This document shows, one piece after another, positions 4,098 through 6,833 of a stretch of 6,833 nucleotides of DNA; position 1 is the first letter of the stretch, and every line of letters begins with the position of its first letter. The DNA is from a virus (taxonomy: Duplodnaviria > Heunggongvirae > Uroviricota > Caudoviricetes), in IMG/VR virus record IMGVR_UViG_2663762857_000020, one strand, 5' to 3'. The position numbers and the translations under genes are program-made. Under the pieces are notes generated by a model, which was not told the DNA's origin, searched no databases, and worked only from the letters and a program-made list of their open reading frames with translations.

Positions 4098-6833
4098 ATG
4101 GGAAAAGGTGGCGGTAAGGCACACACGCCTCGTGAGGCGAAGGATAATCTCAAATCCACGCAGATGATGAGCGTGATTGATGCGGTTGGTGAGGGACCGA
4201 TAGAAGGCCCGGTGAAGGGACTGCAGAGTATCCTGGTGAACAAAACCCCGCTGACGGACACGGACGGTAATCCCGTGATACACGGTGTGACGGCGGTCTG
4301 GCGCGCCGGGGAGCAGGAGCAGACACCACCGGAAGGCTTTGAGTCCTCCGGAGCTGAAACTGTACTGGGCGTGGAAGTGACGAAGGCAAAACCGGTGACG
4401 CGCACCATTACGTCCGCGAACATTGACCGCCTGCGGGTTACCTTCGGGGTGCAGTCACTGGTGCAGACCACGTCAAAGGGTGACCGAAACCCGACATCCG
4501 TCCGCCTGCTGATTCAGTTACAGCGTAACGGTAACTGGGTGACAGAAAAGGATGTCACCATTAACGGCAAGACCACCTCGCAGTTTCTGGCGTCGGTGAT
4601 TCTGGATAATCTGCCTCCCCGTCCTTTTAACATCCGGATGGTCCGGGAGACGGCGGACAGCACCACGGACCAGTTGCAGAACAGAACACTCTGGTCATCG
4701 TACACCGAAATCATCGATGTGAAACAGTGCTACCCGAACACGGCGATTGTGGGGCTGCAGGTGGATGCGGAGCAGTTCGGTGGTCAGCAGATGACGGTGA
4801 ACTACCATATCCGCGGTCGCATCATCCAGGTGCCGTCAAACTATGACCCGGAAAAACGCACCTACAGCGGTATCTGGGACGGCAGTCTGAAACCGGCATA
4901 CAGCAACAACCCGGCCTGGTGCCTGTGGGACATGCTGACTCACCCGCGCTACGGGATGGGAAAACGTCTGGGGGCGGCGGATGTGGACAAGTGGGCGCTG
5001 TATGCCATCGGGCAGTACTGCGACCAGACGGTCCCGGATGGTTTCGGGGGCACAGAGCCGCGGATGACCTTTAATGCGTACCTGGCACAACAGCGTAAGG
5101 CGTGGGACGTTCTCAGTGATTTCTGCTCGGCGATGCGCTGTATGCCGGTATGGAACGGCCAGACGCTGACGTTCGTTCAGGACCGCCCGTCGGATGTGGT
5201 GTGGCCGTACACCAACAGCGATGTGGTGGTGGATGATAACGGCGTGGGGTTCCGCTACAGCTTCAGTGCCCTGAAGGACCGGCACACGGCGGTGGAGGTG
5301 AATTACACCGACCCGCAGAACGGCTGGCAGACCTCCACGGAACTGGTGGAAGACCCGGAAGCCATACTGCGCTACGGACGCAACCTGCTGAAGATGGATG
5401 CGTTCGGCTGCACCAGTCGCGGTCAGGCCCACCGTGCCGGGCTGTGGGTGATAAAGACAGAACTGCTGGAAACGCAGACGGTGGATTTCACACTCGGGTC
5501 ACAGGGGCTGCGGCACACACCCGGTGACATCATTGAAATCTGTGATAACGACTATGCCGGAACCCTGACCGGCGGACGTGTCCTGTCCATTGATGCTGCC
5601 ACCCGCACCCTGACGCTGGACCGTGAAGTGACACTTCCGGGGACAGGTACATCGACGGTGAACCTGATTAACGGCAGCGGTAAGCCGGTGAGTGTGGACA
5701 TCACCGCACACCCCGCGCCGGACCGGATACAGGTCAGTACCCTGCCTGATGGTGTGGAGACATACGGGGTGTGGGGACTCTCCCTGCCGTCACTGCGCCG
5801 TCGCCTGTTCCGCTGTGTCTCCATCCGGGAAAACACGGACGGCACCTTTGCCATCACGGCGGTGCAGCACGTACCGGAAAAAGAAGCCATTGTGGATAAC
5901 GGAGCCCGCTTTGAGCCGCAGTCAGGCACCCTGAACAGCGTTATCCCACCGGCAGTACAGCACCTCACGGTGGAGGTGAGCGCAGCTGACAGCCAGTATC
6001 TGGCGCTGGCGAAATGGGACACGCCGAGGGTGGTGAAGGGCGTGCGCTTCAGTCTGCGCCTGACCAGTGGAAGCGATGAGAACAGCCGCCTGCTGACCAC
6101 CGCCATCACTGCCGATACGGAGCACCGTTTCAGTGGCCTGCCTCTCGGGGAATACACCCTGACGGTCAGGGCGATAAACAGCTACGGCCAGCAGGGCGAA
6201 CCGGCCACCACCACGTTCCGGATTAATGCGCCTGCAGCACCGGCCACCATTGAGCTGACGCCGGGGTATTTTCAGATAACGGCGGTACCGCGTCTTGCGG
6301 TGTATGACCCGACGGTGCAGTTTGAGTTCTGGTTTTCGGAGGCAAAAATTGCAGACGCCGCACAGGTGGAAACCTCTGCCCGTTATCTGGGGACCGGCAG
6401 TCAGTGGAGTGTCTCCGGTCCGCACATTAAGCCCGGAAAGGATTTCTGGTTTTATGTGCGCAGCGTCAACCTGGTGGGTAAATCTGCTTTTGTGGAAGCC
6501 AGTGGACGGGCGAGCAATGATGCTGCGGGCTATCTGGAACTTTTCCGGGAAAAGATAGGAAAAACGCATCTGGCAGAGGCGCTGTGGGCAGAGATTGACA
6601 ACAGTCAGCTGAAGGACGAGATGGCGGAAATGCAGACCACCATCACCGAAACCCGCAATGAAATCACACAGACGGTCAGTAAAACGCTGGAGGACCAGAG
6701 CGCCACCATACAGCAAATCCAGCGTGTGCAGACGGACACCCGTAATGACCTGAACAGCATGTGGGCGGTGAAGCTGCAGAAGATGCAGGACGGACGCCTT
6801 TATATTGCCGGTATTGGTGCAGGCATTGAGAAT
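4098..6833 (+). CDS. J: Tail tip / host specificity protein J, N-terminal 912 codons (3' end beyond the window)
   Basis: ATG at 4098 with SD AGGGGAAGG. Hand translation is open and in frame to the window end. Matches recalled lambda J from the N-terminus (MGKG..HTPREAKDNLKSTQ..) through conserved blocks (NPAWCLWDMLTHPRYGMGKRLGAADVDKWALY, RLFRCVSIRENTDGTFAITAVQHVPEKEAIVDNGA, VYDPTVQFEFWFSE). The last ~100 residues in the window diverge from lambda. Confidence 0.95.
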   Translation, partial: MGKGGGKAHTPREAKDNLKSTQMMSVIDAVGEGPIEGPVKGLQSILVNKTPLTDTDGNPVIHGVTAVWRAGEQEQTPPEGFESSGAETVLGVEVTKAKPVTRTITSANIDRLRVTFGVQSLVQTTSKGDRNPTSVRLLIQLQRNGNWVTEKDVTINGKTTSQFLASVILDNLPPRPFNIRMVRETADSTTDQLQNRTLWSSYTEIIDVKQCYPNTAIVGLQVDAEQFGGQQMTVNYHIRGRIIQVPSNYDPEKRTYSGIWDGSLKPAYSNNPAWCLWDMLTHPRYGMGKRLGAADVDKWALYAIGQYCDQTVPDGFGGTEPRMTFNAYLAQQRKAWDVLSDFCSAMRCMPVWNGQTLTFVQDRPSDVVWPYTNSDVVVDDNGVGFRYSFSALKDRHTAVEVNYTDPQNGWQTSTELVEDPEAILRYGRNLLKMDAFGCTSRGQAHRAGLWVIKTELLETQTVDFTLGSQGLRHTPGDIIEICDNDYAGTLTGGRVLSIDAATRTLTLDREVTLPGTGTSTVNLINGSGKPVSVDITAHPAPDRIQVSTLPDGVETYGVWGLSLPSLRRRLFRCVSIRENTDGTFAITAVQHVPEKEAIVDNGARFEPQSGTLNSVIPPAVQHLTVEVSAADSQYLALAKWDTPRVVKGVRFSLRLTSGSDENSRLLTTAITADTEHRFSGLPLGEYTLTVRAINSYGQQGEPATTTFRINAPAAPATIELTPGYFQITAVPRLAVYDPTVQFEFWFSEAKIADAAQVETSARYLGTGSQWSVSGPHIKPGKDFWFYVRSVNLVGKSAFVEASGRASNDAAGYLELFREKIGKTHLAEALWAEIDNSQLKDEMAEMQTTITETRNEITQTVSKTLEDQSATIQQIQRVQTDTRNDLNSMWAVKLQKMQDGRLYIAGIGAGIEN

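Noticed and set aside
3626-4117. 163-aa + strand ORF across the I-J insert, including a possible TTG start at 3830 after an AAGGAG at 3818-3823
   Set aside because: It starts inside I in another frame, runs through the strong hairpin at 3965-3994 and overlaps the J start. The AAGGAG is more simply the complement of the CUCCUU motif in the minus-strand candidate sRNA. Kept only as an alternative that ribosome profiling could settle.
4836-6716. Three long minus-strand ORFs (4836..5432, 5552..6157, 5922..6716)
   Set aside because: All fall inside the continuous + strand J reading frame, which has strong homology support; Arg/Pro/His-rich translations are typical of antisense artefacts.
1-6833. 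CRISPR arrays, tRNA genes, IS elements or attachment-site repeats
   Set aside because: No direct-repeat/spacer periodicity, no tRNA-like conserved arm sequences, no terminal inverted repeats or transposase-like ORFs were seen; the window appears internal to the prophage.

Overview
This window reads as a fragment of a lambdoid prophage from an Enterobacteriaceae (E. coli-like) host, all coding on the + strand, in which a Qin/phage-21-type lysis cassette is joined directly to a lambda-type tail-tip module. From left to right: a 3' gene end (1-50), two small unknown ORFs (one a strongly acidic 96-aa protein), a dual-start pinholin, a small DUF1327-like gene, then a single 345-aa ORF whose first ~146 residues are a SAR-type lysozyme and whose remainder is the C-terminal ~198 residues of minor tail protein L. 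That in-frame junction (~nt 1822-1827) looks like the scar of a deletion that removed Rz/Rz1, terminase, head and tail-shaft genes, so the prophage is probably defective. Downstream are tail genes K and I (with the lambda-like 103-nt overlap) and the first 912 codons of J, which runs off the window. Between I and J sits a ~340-bp AT-rich insert carrying, on the minus strand, a near-consensus sigma70 promoter and a canonical intrinsic terminator ~95 nt apart: a candidate small RNA, and the most interesting element here. All homology statements are from recalled protein sequences, not database searches; no tRNA, CRISPR, IS element or att site was recognised.
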